A stretch of 59,587 bases of DNA, filler included, from Sphacelaria rigidula (lineage: Eukaryota), in NCBI GenBank assembly GCA_964200075.2. It is 7 parts of 7 records of this genome, joined end to end, with 100 filler letters (N's around TTAATTAATTAA, not from the genome) between each part and the next. Parts side by side here need not be neighbours in the genome. Positions count along the whole stretch, not along the records: positions 8,528 to 16,954 come from CAXNAA020011170.1; positions 17,055 to 25,481 come from CAXNAA020011171.1; 5 more parts are not named here. One strand, given 5' to 3'. Below the pieces are notes generated by a model that worked only from the letters and a program-made list of their open reading frames with translations, was not told where the DNA came from and ran no database searches. A program made the position numbers and the translations under genes. Of this stretch, positions 11,781 to 23,615 are shown in pieces. Every line of letters starts with the position of its first letter. Position 1 is the stretch's first letter.

Positions 11781-11970
11781 ATCGAAGGCCCACAAGATGG
11801 CCGCGATCAGAGCCGTCTCGGGTTCGCCTTCAAACAGCTTCTCCGCATCCGCGACGCTGTCTCCCAGTACCTCCTTCAGCTCCGTGTAGGTCACCCGCGT
11901 GGGCATGCCGACCTTGAGTACTTCGCATGTCTGCAGGATGCCGAGACAACGCAGTTGTCGAACCACGTGT
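11781..11970 (-). CDS. Myosin heavy chain exon, SH1/SH2 helix region (HVVRQLRCLGILQTCEVLKVGMPTRVTYTEL...WAFD)
   Basis: QLRCxGIL...GxPTR myosin motif. CAG acceptor completes an AGA codon; GAT|GTGAGA donor. Confidence 0.93.
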
Positions 11971-13061
11971 CTGCGCATCATGATGGCAGAAGTGGCACAG
12001 AATAAAAACAAGAAGGAGGAACCGGAACGTCAGAATTTCGCAAGAAAAAAAACGATCAGAGCAGAACAGAGCAGAACAGAACAGCGGTCGGCCGGCAGGC
12101 AAAATTTCACGATGGCTGCAAGTTCGAAGTGCTTGGTTGATAGAGTAAACCAAACGGCAAGCAAATGACGGCAGGAATAGATCATATTAGAAGAAAGAAA
12201 TACGTGTGTATACATATATACATATGGACAGAAAAGAAGAGCAGGAAAATACGAAGCAGGCGGGAACTCAAGTGTATTTCAACAAAGAAATAAAAACAAA
12301 ACATCTTGGGAAAGTAGATTTGGTTTGTTGCTGTAAATATGTTCGTTTTCTTAAATTCGGCGGGGAGGCAACTGTGTATGAATTAACTTGTTGAGTACAA
12401 TAGGTGGTGGTCATCACCACCGATGAAAAATCTACTTTCTGCGCCACGTCCACGTCCAGTTTTGTTTTTATCTGGCTCCGTCATCTGCTTGAATCAAGAT
12501 CAATGTACGAAGGACACCACGGAACACAGCGTCGAACGCCTGCGTCGCGCAGTATTAGCAGCTCACTTCCTGCGTTGATCGGCCATTCAAACACGTCAAA
12601 CGTATCTGTCTTATTGATTGATTGGTTATCGCATTTCAACTTATCCCCCAGGTAGTCATGATCCAGTCCTGGTCATTATCCACATGATAGGCATACCCAA
12701 CACAAAACAAAATGGAAACGCCGTCGCTCAAGAAAATTCAAGGAAACAGAAAGGTAAAGCCGACAGAGTAGAAAAAGAAAAAAAGCCGAGAAAAAAAAAG
12801 GTTGTGAGACACAAATCCGTTAACAATGGCCATTCATCATATACACGGGGACCCCTCGCCCTTGCTCCGACGAAAAGCAAGACTTCCTTTGCACCGAGCA
12901 ACAATATTGAGAAATTATTCGATTTTCCTCATTCCCCAAAAATCAAGACGGTGCTCCGTCTGGAAAGAGATCCGTGGTCGATGGTCAAACGACTCAGGTA
13001 AGCGACGAATGAGTACGCCTTGCCCCGAGAAACAAGAGATGACAATCGAACATCAGACAAG

Positions 13062-13235
13062 TCGCGATAAAAAAGAAAGGCAAGCACCGCAGAGGGAAGG
13101 TGGAGCACCAAAAACAAAAACGGAAGAACTCCGGGGTTGACCTTCCTCTTGTGTGACCCCGGCTGGCGCGTCCACATACACCGAAAGATGTAGACCGGCG
13201 TCTAGAATAAATGGGACGACAACGCACACACGCGC

Positions 13236-13295
<60 letters not shown>

Positions 13296-13300
13296 GCACA
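13062..13300 (+). mobile_element. 5'-truncated copy of the tRNA-SINE family with a long (CA)n tail
   Basis: AAGGCAAGCACCGCAG...GTTGACCTTCCTC...AGAATA.ATGGGACGACAAC-(CA)n matches 57690-57852. Confidence 0.8.
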
Positions 13301-13781
13301 GACTCGCAATCGGGGGGAGGGGGGAGGTTGATAGCGCCATACTCGGAGCTGCCATCGCATTTTGGCCGACTTAAACAGCTAACACGCTCGGCTTGCAACA
13401 CCGAGGCTAAGTATTTTCTTCGCAAGGCAAGATGTCGTTCCTCGCAGCCCACACGGCAAATGCAGCACGAAAGGCAGATATCATCAGAATGTTTGGGTTG
13501 AATCATAGTGGGTGGACAGAAACTCCATACTGTAGGTGCTTCAACAAAGCACAGCAGCAGTAGGACTCCCTGCTCGCTTTGGTTTTTTTTTACGCTTACT
13601 CCACGTTTTCTGGATTTCGCACTTCTTCTGCAGGCCGGCTACTCTGTTTCGTAGTAGTTTCGCGTGTCTGGGAGCCCTGTACATTTGCAACACCACTGCT
13701 GGAGCGTGTGGGTACAGCACTGAAGTGACCACTTAGAACATCTGATGCTGTACTGGGGTGAAGGGATCGCCGAAATATTCT

Positions 13782-13990
13782 CGCGATCAAAAAGAAAGGC
13801 AGGCACCGCAGAAGGAACGTGGAGCATTGAAACAAACCATACAATGAAAAAAAAAGTCTTGTGTTGACTTTCCTCCTGTGTAACTTCGGCTGCTGCTCCC
13901 AGATATACTCAAGGGCGTCGACGGGTATCCACAATGGATGGGATCACCACACACACACCGGGTACCGCTTAGTACAGCACTACTGTACCG
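13782..13990 (+). mobile_element. Degenerate 5'-truncated copy of the same SINE family
   Basis: AAAGGCAGGCACCGCAGAAGG...GTGTTGACTTTCCTCCTGTGT...GATGGGATCACCACACACAC. Confidence 0.7.
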
Positions 13991-14327
13991 TGGTACGATG
14001 CGTGACAATGCTCGTGAATTGGCGCCGCCGGGACGCACTGCTGCTGAATATTTGATGACAAAATCCCACGGTAGTGTTCACACAAAACCCTACGGTAGTG
14101 CTCACAGGCTTCGTGTATAGATGCATTGCTACTCTAGTAGTACTATGTGTACACCGCAACAAAAGTCGGGGAGGTATGGCGTTATCACGTGCGCATGAAG
14201 AACTGCTCGTCACTCATCACGTGTGTGGCGCGATCATCCTGAATAGCGGCATAATCATTATTACCTCTTGTCAATACACACCGTTGTATCGGAACCCCTT
14301 CTGTGTACAGTATATGTAAAACCAAAC

Positions 14328-15622
14328 CCTTTTGGAACCGGGTCTCCAGAACGACCAATGAGGCTGGTTAGGAATGACGTGTCTGGCGTCTCAACAAACA
14401 ATGGCTTCAAGTGAAAATTCACGTATGTAACCGCTGCATGCAGGGCTAGAAGGGAGAACAAAAATATCATCCAATCTATTTTCAGGTGCAGATACAAACT
14501 GTGATTCGGGTGGGGTTCGCATTAGGTTGTGTACATCTGATGAACGAGCACTATGGGTCGCCGTAGAGAGCTTTCAACAGGATGCGGCGACCGGCGGGTC
14601 GCCCGCCACTTGTGGCTTTGGATTATATTGTTGTCCCCATCACCTTGCCACACAGTCCTTTGTGGTCGGGGTGGGCTGCGATTCCCCTCTTTGTTGTAAG
14701 CGGAAAATTCTCTTCGAAGGGTATGGGCGTTGCGGCGCACATACATGTAGTACAGTGCAGTGTGTTGTCGTCCCATCTATTCTGGGCGCCAGTCTACACC
14801 TTTCGGTATATGTTGGCGCACCAGCCGGGGTCACACAGGAGGGAGATCAACACAGGAGCTTTTTCTTTTATATTTGTTTTTAGTACCCCACCTTCCTCCT
14901 GCGGTGCTTGCTATTTTACTTTATTTTTATCGCGAGAGGGGTTCAGCAGTCCCTTTCCCTCGTCGATCGTTGAGTCGAATTTTGTGTACCCACGACATAG
15001 TGCAGTACGCCTCTCCGACTGCAGCAGCAGCTACCGCTGCATACTCCATTGCACGTTCTGGGCAGTTCTCAGCGACAGGGATCAGCTGCCTGTACACAAT
15101 TTGTCCATCCCCGCCCACTACATACATGTTTACAGTGTTCTGCAAGTCATCGGCAGAGGGATGAGCAGAGTTCATGACGGTCGCTCATTTCGTCTCTCCA
15201 GGGCCCACCTGGGTTTAGTGCCTTGTGAAGATGACCACATTGTGGCATGTACACTCCTTCCCGGTTTTTCCCACTCCACCTCGTGTTAGTGTAACTACTA
15301 CGTTTCAGTATAGGCTGGCGACCCAAAAAAACTCCTGGAAAATCCCAAGAACGCTGTACTGAATGCAAGTAATACGAGAAGCCATGCTCCGAGCAACCTG
15401 ACTTTGCACACCTGGGAAGGCTCATCTGGACCAGGGATGGGGCCCCCACACGATCTTTGCAGTGACATCACACTCGGTAACAGTCCCTGCGCTGGTCGTT
15501 CGGGTCTGGTCGATAAATTTCACCTCGCCGGGATTGGGCAGGTCTCTCCCTGGCTTATCTTTTTCATTTTTTCGCCAAAACATGGTCAACCCCGGGTTAG
15601 TGGGGTGTCGGTCCCAAAAGGG
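14328..15622. mobile_element. Possible piggyBac-type non-autonomous element hosting the SINE copy
   Basis: CCCTTTTGGAACCG at the left and CGGTCCCAAAAGGG|TTAA at the right (13/14 inverted match). The left TTAA is not preserved. Confidence 0.4.
14750..14995 (-). mobile_element. SINE family copy, minus strand
   Basis: GTGTTGTCGTCCCATCTATTCTGGGCGCC...GGGTCACACAGGAGG...CAACACAGGAGC...CTGCGGTGCTTGC is the reverse complement of the SINE body. Confidence 0.8.
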
Positions 15623-16687
15623 TTAAGCTACATCTCTTCGGTATCAAAACTCACGACTCAGGGTTCCCGAAGCTTGAGAACGTGATGCCTTTTGGCTGCC
15701 GTGCAACCATCACGAAGCGAACGCAGCACGCTCGCTCGATTCGCCAACCGTTACGCATTGGAGTTGACAGCGGGTATACTATTTTGGTTGTGCATTCATT
15801 CAACGTTCTTCTTCTGTGCCAATGACGCGGGGTAAGCCTACGTACTCATCGGGTATCAGCGTTCATTTCCGTGCACTAGGTATACTCGCAGTTTCTCCAG
15901 GGTTTTGTTGAAAACCAGCAATGAAAATCGAATCAACCCATGCTAAATACAACCAAGTAATATAAAAGAGTGGGAGAGGACCTTGATCCTCACAGTTAAT
16001 GCCACTCTCATTTTTAAGATAGTGAGCACGAAGTAGCCAAGACATAAAATGGCATTACTTGAGAAACCAAACGATCAGCGAAATGGACAAGTTAATTTAT
16101 TGCAAGGGTCGGACAAGTTAATAATTCGTCAGGAAATTACTTGGTTTTAGTGCTTTGATTCGTTCTGTACGAATCAATCCTTAGGCTTCATTTTTAGCGT
16201 TGCAACCCAGGTACGCGCAGCCCAGGCACGTGGAATGGCGCAAAAATTGCGTGGAGACCTTTGTGACCAACGGTCAACTTTTTTTCTCTTTGTTGAGCAA
16301 CCAGGCTTGAAAAATCGTGGATTGGGTTTTTTTAACCGGAGATGATTCGTCCGAACCGTGATTTTTTTATTCAAAGTGAAGTTAGTTGTTGTTGGGAGAA
16401 AAAACAAGTTAAGTTAGCTGTTCGGAGAGAACATAACATCGTGCTATCATAACATGCATCGTGTCTAAAAACAAGGAGCAAAAAATGAGAAAATAGTACA
16501 AGAAATAATATTAAACGTTACTGCTGCAACACTACCCACCACCACTACTCATGCCAGTTAATCATGCTATACGCCACCACCGCCACCATATTCAAGGTTT
16601 TGAGGAACGGACGGACGGGGGGCACAAAATACCAAAAGCACGCGCTTCTTTTTCTCCTGATTCCTCGACTCTTTTCGGCTCACGCAC

Positions 16688-16827
16688 CTGTTGCTGAACA
16701 CTCCGTGTTTCATGCTAGCATTGGGCTTGATGCACCGCACGAAATTGCACCTCGTTGTGAGCAGCGTTGTATTAAGGTCTTGCATCGACTTCAAAAACGC
16801 CTTCGCGACTGTGGGCTTCACCAGGCT
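16688..16827 (-). CDS. Myosin heavy chain, motor-domain exon (SLVKPTVAKAFLKSMQDLNTTLLTTRCNFVRCIKPNASMKHGVFSNR)
   Basis: Canonical myosin FVRCIKPN motif. TAG acceptor and a phase-2 AG|GTGCGT donor that joins the next exon in frame. Confidence 0.93.
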
Positions 16828-17599
16828 CTACAATCTCGGAAATAGTCGAACAATTCCGAATGGACAGAGAACAGGGGGGAATGGTGGGGGGGGGGGAGGG
16901 GGGGGGGGCGGGGGGGGGTTTGACAGGCTGGGGGCATATGACGGAGGGGTTCACNNNNNNNNNNNNNNNNNNNNNNNNNNNNNNNNNNNNNNNNNNNNTT
17001 AATTAATTAANNNNNNNNNNNNNNNNNNNNNNNNNNNNNNNNNNNNNNNNNNNNCCTTAGTCATTTGACCATTGACCACGCATCCCTTTCGAGACGGAGC
17101 ACTCGTGAGATTGAGGGATCGTTGATCGAAAGTGGGTTTTATCATTCGCTTTAGCTTCACCAATGTTTCATTTGGTGTGTGCTTTTCTTTGCTTGTAGCA
17201 CTGGGGTGTGCTTCCAGCTACACGTCGATATCCTACTCAGATGTATCAAGGGCTTCAGTGGCAAGCTACTACAGAAAGCGTATCGGGCATCGTGTAGGGA
17301 CATTTCGGAACTGAAACGAATCATTGATTAATTGACCATTTCTCACTATCAATCGTATCTTCCACTCTCAATCTCACAAAAAAATGACGTTGATATGTTC
17401 CTTCTGTTGAGTCAGGGAGTCAACTAACCGCGCAGAGGATCTAAAATCACGCTATTGGCCTCTGTGGGGCGCCCTCAATTCCTGTAGAGGGTTTGCTGAT
17501 GCCCTTCGCCTCCTACGGGATGTAGGGGGTCGACATCCCGCTAGAGTCTTGGCTTCCTTTTCGCCTCTAGAGTATTGTCCACCCCTCTCACTTCTAGGG

Positions 17600-17990
17600 G
17601 GAGTTTTGTTCTGAATCTCTGGAAGGAACTGGGGGTGATCCCTTCCCTCCAGAGGACAGCGCAACCCACCCAACTGGAGGTTCGCCTTTTTGGCTCCGTC
17701 CCTTCAGAGTGATTTCGTAGATACCCTCTGGAGGGAGCAGGGGTGATGTCCATTCTCCAGAGGGCAAAAAAAACTACCATTCTGGAGGCTCGCCGTCCCC
17801 CCAGAGGGCATCCACGGAGTCCTTATGGAGGGAACAGGGGTGATGTCCTCCGTCCCGAGGGCAGCAAAACCTACAATTCTGGAGGCTCGCCGTCCCTGCA
17901 GAGGGACTCCGTGTATGTTCTCTGGAGGGAACAGGGGGATTAACCTCCCTCCAGAGGGCAACACAAAACTACTATTCTAGAGGCACGGAG
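17600..17990. repeat. Degenerate tandem repeat, about 97-bp unit, about 4 copies
   Basis: Recurring CTGGAGGGA.CAGGGGTGAT...CTCCAGAGGGCA...AAAAC...ATTCTGGAGGCTCGCCGTCCC with internal CTGGAGG/CCTCCAG inversions. Confidence 0.8.
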
Positions 17991-18350
17991 GGGTGAGCCA
18001 AATGGCCGCGTGTGGAGCGAAGGAAAGGACACACGTCACTTTTCACATTTAAGCAGTCTGATCTAGGCTCAAGCCTGGTTTTGCACTGGCTTGCATCCGA
18101 AGACATCCCCACAATTATGCGCGTGTACAGATCCTGAGTCGAAAAAACTCCCATGATCAAGGCACTCCGGTACTTGACCACCGGTGCATGAAACACTTGC
18201 AGCGGTTATCGAAGGATTTAGTTACACGGATCTAGTTCTAGGCATCTTGGAATGGCGTACGGAAGCAAAGCTCGAGCAACTTGGGGCGCAGGGTGGAGAA
18301 GTACACACTCGATCCCCAGCAACGTTGATTGAGTAGGTAGGCGTATACAC

Positions 18351-18611
18351 TGTAGCCAACTGATACCAAGCCGTAGGTTTCAGTATAATCGCATGCATGG
18401 TTTGAGCAGTGGCAGGGGACAGGCGACCCTGGACTGATGGCCCTTCTCTGTGTGGCCCCTTGCTGTCTGGCTCGTGATGTGGTCTGTTGAGGATCACTGC
18501 GTGATAATAACAAGTTAGTAGGGGAGACTGGTCGAGCACGAGGTCAGTGATACTGGAGGAGTCCCTCGTTGGAAGTCCTTTCGTCCAGATCGTCTGGCAG
18601 AGTCTATAATA
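18351..18611 (+). repeat. 5' LTR
   Basis: Ungapped match to 23355-23615. Confidence 0.93.
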
Positions 18612-18800
18612 TCTAAATATTTATTTTCGGCACTCTGTTGAAGGAGTTTGACTGAGGAGAGGGGCCGCAGCTGGAAGCCAGTTTGATCCGTAGTCGGAAG
18701 GAGACAACTTGAAGCGCACAGCAGTGGAGAACGCTCAGTGGGCTGGTGGATGCACAAGTCAGGGAAGAATCTCTCCGTGAAGTGGTGAGTCCTAGACGAC

Positions 18801-19892
18801 ATGGCTCAAGCGGTGGCAGAGCCGCTGTTGTTAGGTGAGCCGCTAGACCCGCCAAAGTATGGCGAGGTGTGGACCGAGGAGGCATCGCGCGTATTTTTCG
18901 CAGCATATCTTGATTATGAAGAGAGTTTGTATCTAGCAAATGCTTAAGGAGTCGTACGGCATGCCAGGGTAAGCATAGGTCAACTTATCCCTACATATAT
19001 TCACCGGTGCTTTGAAGGCATGTACAAGAACCGCAGGGCTATGACCTCCGATGAATTGCTAGATACGGTGAAGCAGCATGCTGGGTACACCACAACCGGC
19101 GGCAAGCATGACACTGCGCGGGCTGCAGCAGACCTACGTAGAGTTCTTACTATGCCACAAGGCGGTGAAACATTCGTCAAGGATAGACTGATGACTGTCA
19201 ATTCATCGATGGAAACGTTTTTCGCAGAAAACCTCACGGTACAAGCCATGTACCGTGCGGAGGACAGGAGCTGGTTGCCAGGCCCGGCCGAGTCGGTTTT
19301 CACAGCTTTGGTGGACGGGATTCCGCCTCCGGAATTCAAGGCGTATGTTAGAAGCGTACTAACGTATGTAGACGGTTGGAAAAAGAATCCGACGGTGGTG
19401 TTCAACAAAATATTTGATGCCGCCGACTACTGGAAGTTCATTGAGGCGCATGGCCGGCGCGATTCTGCGGCAAGTGCAGGTGGTGCACGCCGCAATCTAC
19501 CACATCAACAGAAACAGCAGCCGTCTTCGCGAGAGTCGTTCACTAGCGCGTGTTACAACTGCGGCGACAACGGACACCTGATTAAGGACTACCCCAAGCC
19601 TCACGCTCGAGGCGCTGCTCAGGGCAATGCGCTGGATCCATCAGGATCTCGAGGCGGTCGTCACGGTGGACGGGGCCGTGCCAAGGATGGACGGGGGCGC
19701 GGCGGCCGCGGTAGCAAGCAATCGGCGGCGAATGGTGGTTCTTCCACTGCTGCTTCATCCACTATGTCATCAGGTGGTGACTCTGGATCTTCTGGTCAGT
19801 CCGTGTCGGGGCGGACAGTGTACGTGGGAAATGCAAATACTTCGATGGGGAGCGCTGGAGCGAATAGTTCGCGACCTATCGGCCAGGTATGA
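18801..19892 (+). pseudogene. gag: gag with a broken zinc knuckle (CYNCGDNGHLIKDY) and an RGG-rich nucleocapsid region
   Basis: ATG at 18801 is in frame with ORF 19020-19892, with one premature TAA near 18945. The CCHC motif has its last Cys changed to Tyr. Confidence 0.85.
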
Positions 19893-19895
19893 TCC

Positions 19896-22800
19896 GTGTC
19901 TGGTGCATCTTCTACGTCTGCGGTGGCTGTAACACCGCCGTCTGCATATTCGGCCACGTGGTCTGGGTGGACCGACGATTCTCAATTATCGATTCCAAGT
20001 ACTGGAGTGCAGACCTGGCGTCAGGTGACTCTTGGTACCGACCACGGTTCCGCGGCAGGTGTGGTACCTGTCGATCGCAACGCAGAGTGTTTACGCGCAG
20101 ATCTTTCCTTGCCTGGTTCCGTAGGTTCGTTCATGGCCCGCGTTACTCTATATTCTGGGTCCGCGCTCAAGTCAATCGGTGTGAGGTTGCTAGAGAAAAT
20201 GTCTTCGCAGTTTGGCGGCGCTCAGCTGCAGATTCCGTTCGAGAATGGACCGCAAACGGCACAGACCGCCACGGGTGCTCCCGTGACGATTATACACAAA
20301 ACGGTGCCGATAACTGCTAGCGTGCATACGCTGTTGGAGGCTGTGGAGGTGCAGTCTATCACGTTTGCTGTCATGCCCGGCAGGGACAAGGTGGTTCTGT
20401 TTGGGATGGCGACGATGAAGGAGCTCGGGATTGATTCGTATCCGCTGGCGTTGGATAAGTTACGCCCGCGTGCTGTGCCGGTGCAAACCGGCGTGGAAAA
20501 CCCCAGCTATCTTGCTGCGAGGCGTATGACCGTATCCATACCGTCATTCCAGAGCGCCAATGAGGAGGAGGCTCATGCAGATGAAGCGGTGGAGCGCTTA
20601 GTCGATCGGGGGTTCGATGTGTTCATGGACCCAGCAGAGGAGGGACGTGCACGGGAACGTGCGCTTGAGGATAGCGTGCAGCAGGCAGAGTAGAAGGGCC
20701 TGAGCGCTGATGGCGCACATTGTCTGCGTAATATTTTTGCTCGTCGCGTACATACATTTCGTCGTGCGCTGCGTGGTGATCCGCCAGCGCGCGTTGAGCC
20801 CATGAGGGTGCAATTTAAGTCACAGGCAACGACGGTGAAGGCCAAGCCCTGACGCTATGATCCGGTGAAGACCGGGTGGCTTGCGTCATGCATCGCAGCT
20901 TTGATGGCGTTTGGTTTAGTAGTGAGGAGCATCCAGGCTATGTGGGCGAGTCCGGCGATGGCGGTGCCGAAGAGAGACACAGTCCGTTTGGTCAGCGACT
21001 ATCAGGCGGTGAACGCGCAATTGGAACGGTCTCCGTGGGTGATGCCAAGCCGAAAATACATGCGAAAGTTGCTGGGAACCCGATGCTGCGGCAAGTTGGA
21101 CCTGCTACAGGGGTATTGGCCGATGCCTCTGGCGCCGGAGGCTCAGGAGATCTCCACGATCGTCACGCCTAACGGTTTGTTTACGCCTACTCGTATCCCG
21201 CAGGGTGTGTTGAACGCCACGGCGTATTTCCAAGGTGTGCTGACTGGCATTTTGCGAGGTCTAGACTGTAAAGTGTGGGTGGATGACGTTGTCTATTTGC
21301 TGAAACCGAAGAAGCATTTTTAGCTTTGCTTGGCGAAATTCTTGGCCGCTTGGAGAGTGTTGGTCTGTTCGTCGCTAGGCATGAGTATAACTTTTTTGCC
21401 CGCGAAGTGGTTTGGTGTGGTAAGGTGTAGTCCAAGAGTACTCTTTGGCATGATCCCGTCCACATTCAAGGTTTGAGCAATATGCGACGTCCTCAAACCA
21501 AAAGTGAGCTGATGCAGTTTCTGCAGACGGTGAATTGGTTGCGGAATTCGTTTCCGCGCATGGTGGAAGCAGTTGCGCCGCTTCGTGTGTTGTCGGAACA
21601 ACTCATGGTGGGGGCTTTGCATCGGATCAAGCAGGTGGCGCGGAATCGTATCATCCCGGAGGACGCTTGGACGGAGGATCGTGTGCGAGCATGGCGTGCT
21701 GCGCAAGACTTGGTGAAGCAAGCGGTGCCGCTGTATCATTGTCGTCCAGGGTGCGTTGTTCTCATCTTTCCAGATATTGCGGATTTCCACTGGGGTAGGT
21801 TTTCAACGCAAGTGCCTGTCGCTAAGTTTAGTAGTGGCATTGCGCGCGAAAACATGTCACACGAACCGTTGGCTTCTCTGAGTGGTAGCTTCAAGGATTC
21901 ACAGTTGCGGTGGGCGACAGTTGACAAATAAGGTTTCGCGATAGTCAAAACATTTCGAAGGCTAGAGTACTTGCTTCGGGGTGGTGTCCGCATTGTCACC
22001 GATCATCGCAATCTAAAATACATTTTTAACGCAAACCATATGTCGCATCGGTGACGAAGGCCATGGCAAAACGGCTTGAAAATTGGGAAGGTGTGCTCTG
22101 CCGATATCGGTATTCCAGACAATTTCTACGATAGCCCCCCCCCCAAAACTAGCCCAAAAGTGCCACTAAAAAAATGGCCATATAGCGCCTGATGTTTGTG
22201 TTCAGGCTGCATAAAGCGCTTTATATTGGCGACATTGGCTAGACCGAACCCAAGCGCGGGAATTCCCAGCTGCTCGTTGTGCTCGGCTTTTCCCATTTCG
22301 ATTTACGTGGAGATTTTGCCCCCCCCCCCAGAACATGCACTTTTGGGGGGGGGGCTATCGTAGAAAGTGTCGCCATCGAACACATTCCTGGAGAGCGCAA
22401 TGGTTGGGGAGATTCGTTGTCTCGCTTGGTGAATGTTCCTACCGTGCCTGTTCGTTCTGCTGCGGTGTACAGCCCGTGTGATGTCGATTATTCGCTGCCC
22501 TCGTTAGATGTCATTCGTACCGCGCAGCGCAAAAACAGTCGGCGACGGTGTTCATTCTTTTCATACGACATCCGGTCAAGCTACTTCGGCTGACGATGGT
22601 TTGTTTCGCGTGCGTGTTGGCAGTAGGGATGTTTTGCGGATTCCATCTGATGATAAGGCTCTGCAAACTCGTTTGATGGTGTGCGCTCACATGCGGTCGG
22701 CTGGTCGCCGTGGTGTGGCGCCGACTCTGTTTCGTTTGAAAGAGTACTGTGGGTGACCTTACATGGATTCTCACGTTCGCGAGTTCGTCCGCCAGTGTTT

Positions 22801-23280
22801 ACATTGTATAGACACTCGTGCTGGTGAGATTGTAACTCGTCCATATGGCGAGACTGTGCATGGTACTGCGCCAGGTGAAGTTGTTCACTTCGATTTTCTG
22901 TACGTCGGAAGTAGCGGACATGAAGGTGCTAATGGTGTGCCTGAGCAGGACGGTTTTCGGTACGTTTCGGTTGTCATGAATGATTTTTCCAATTTTGTTT
23001 GCTTGGAGCCGACCGAGGCTTGCACCGCCGAGGTTACGGCTAAGCACTTGCTCCATTGGTGTAAGACTTTGCGGATGCCGCGTATATGGGTTAGTGATAC
23101 CGCCACGTACTCCATGTTTTGGTCGATTGGGACGGGTTCGGCGCTGAAGAACGGAAGTGGGAGTCTCTTCGCAAGATTCATTCTTCTGAGCCTGATCTTT
23201 TGTTGAAGGAACTGCGTAAACTGCGGTTGACTCGGGCGCTGATAAGTAAAATAGTGTCGGAGTACGGTATTTCTTTGTGA
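19896..23280 (+). pseudogene. pol: pol remnant: protease, RT, RNase H, integrase (internally deleted) and chromodomain
   Basis: Protease LYSGS (decayed DSG). RT RLVSDY...KLDLLQGYW...PQGVLNA...WVDD. RNase H 'FPDIAD...SQLRWATVDK'. Integrase 'H..AG.RG...CLHC...HFDFL...WVSD'. Chromodomain-like VLVDWDGFGAEERKWESL in a shifted frame. Confidence 0.9.
22118..22371. mobile_element. About 250-bp MITE (GACAC...GTGTC TIRs, 4-bp TSD) inserted in the Gypsy RNase H region
   Basis: TCCA|GACAATTTCTACGATAGCCCCCCCC ... GGGGGGGCTATCGTAGAAAGTGTC|GCCA. It splits the host motif YRY.IEHIPGERN. A second copy is at 44863-45114. Confidence 0.85.
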
Positions 23281-23354
23281 TCTGATGCATGCTATATCGC
23301 CTTGATTTTATTGGTCAAGCTTGCTCGTTTGTCTTGAACTCGCTTTGATGGTGC

Positions 23355-23615
23355 TGTAGCCAAATTATACCAAGCCTTAGGTTTCAGTATAATCGCATGT
23401 ATTATTGGAGTAGTGGCAGGGGACAGGGGATCCTGGATTGATGGCCCTTTTCTGTGTGGCCCCTTGCTGTCTGGCTTGTGACGTGGTCGGTTGAGGATCA
23501 CTCCGTGATAATAACAAATGAGAAGAAAAGACTTGTCGAGCACGAGGTCAGTTATACTGGAGGAGTCCTTCGTTGGAAGTCCTCTTGTCCAGATCGTCTG
23601 GCAGAGGCTATAACA
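23355..23615 (+). repeat. 3' LTR
   Basis: TG...CA termini; matches the 5' LTR. Confidence 0.93.

Larger units (their letters stand above)
18351..23615 (+). mobile_element. Full-length decayed Ty3/Gypsy LTR retrotransposon (chromovirus type)
   Basis: 261-bp LTR pair at 18351-18611 and 23355-23615 (TGTAGCC...TATAACA; 29 mismatches by manual count, about 89%). Internal order is gag-PR-RT-RNaseH-IN-chromodomain, with many stops and frameshifts. Confidence 0.93.

Noticed and set aside
12994..13506. ORFs with CVCVCV/HTHTHT runs (and Cys-rich ORFs at 32024-32506 and 54019-54467)
   Set aside because: These are translations of microsatellites or the antisense of the poly-Q exon.
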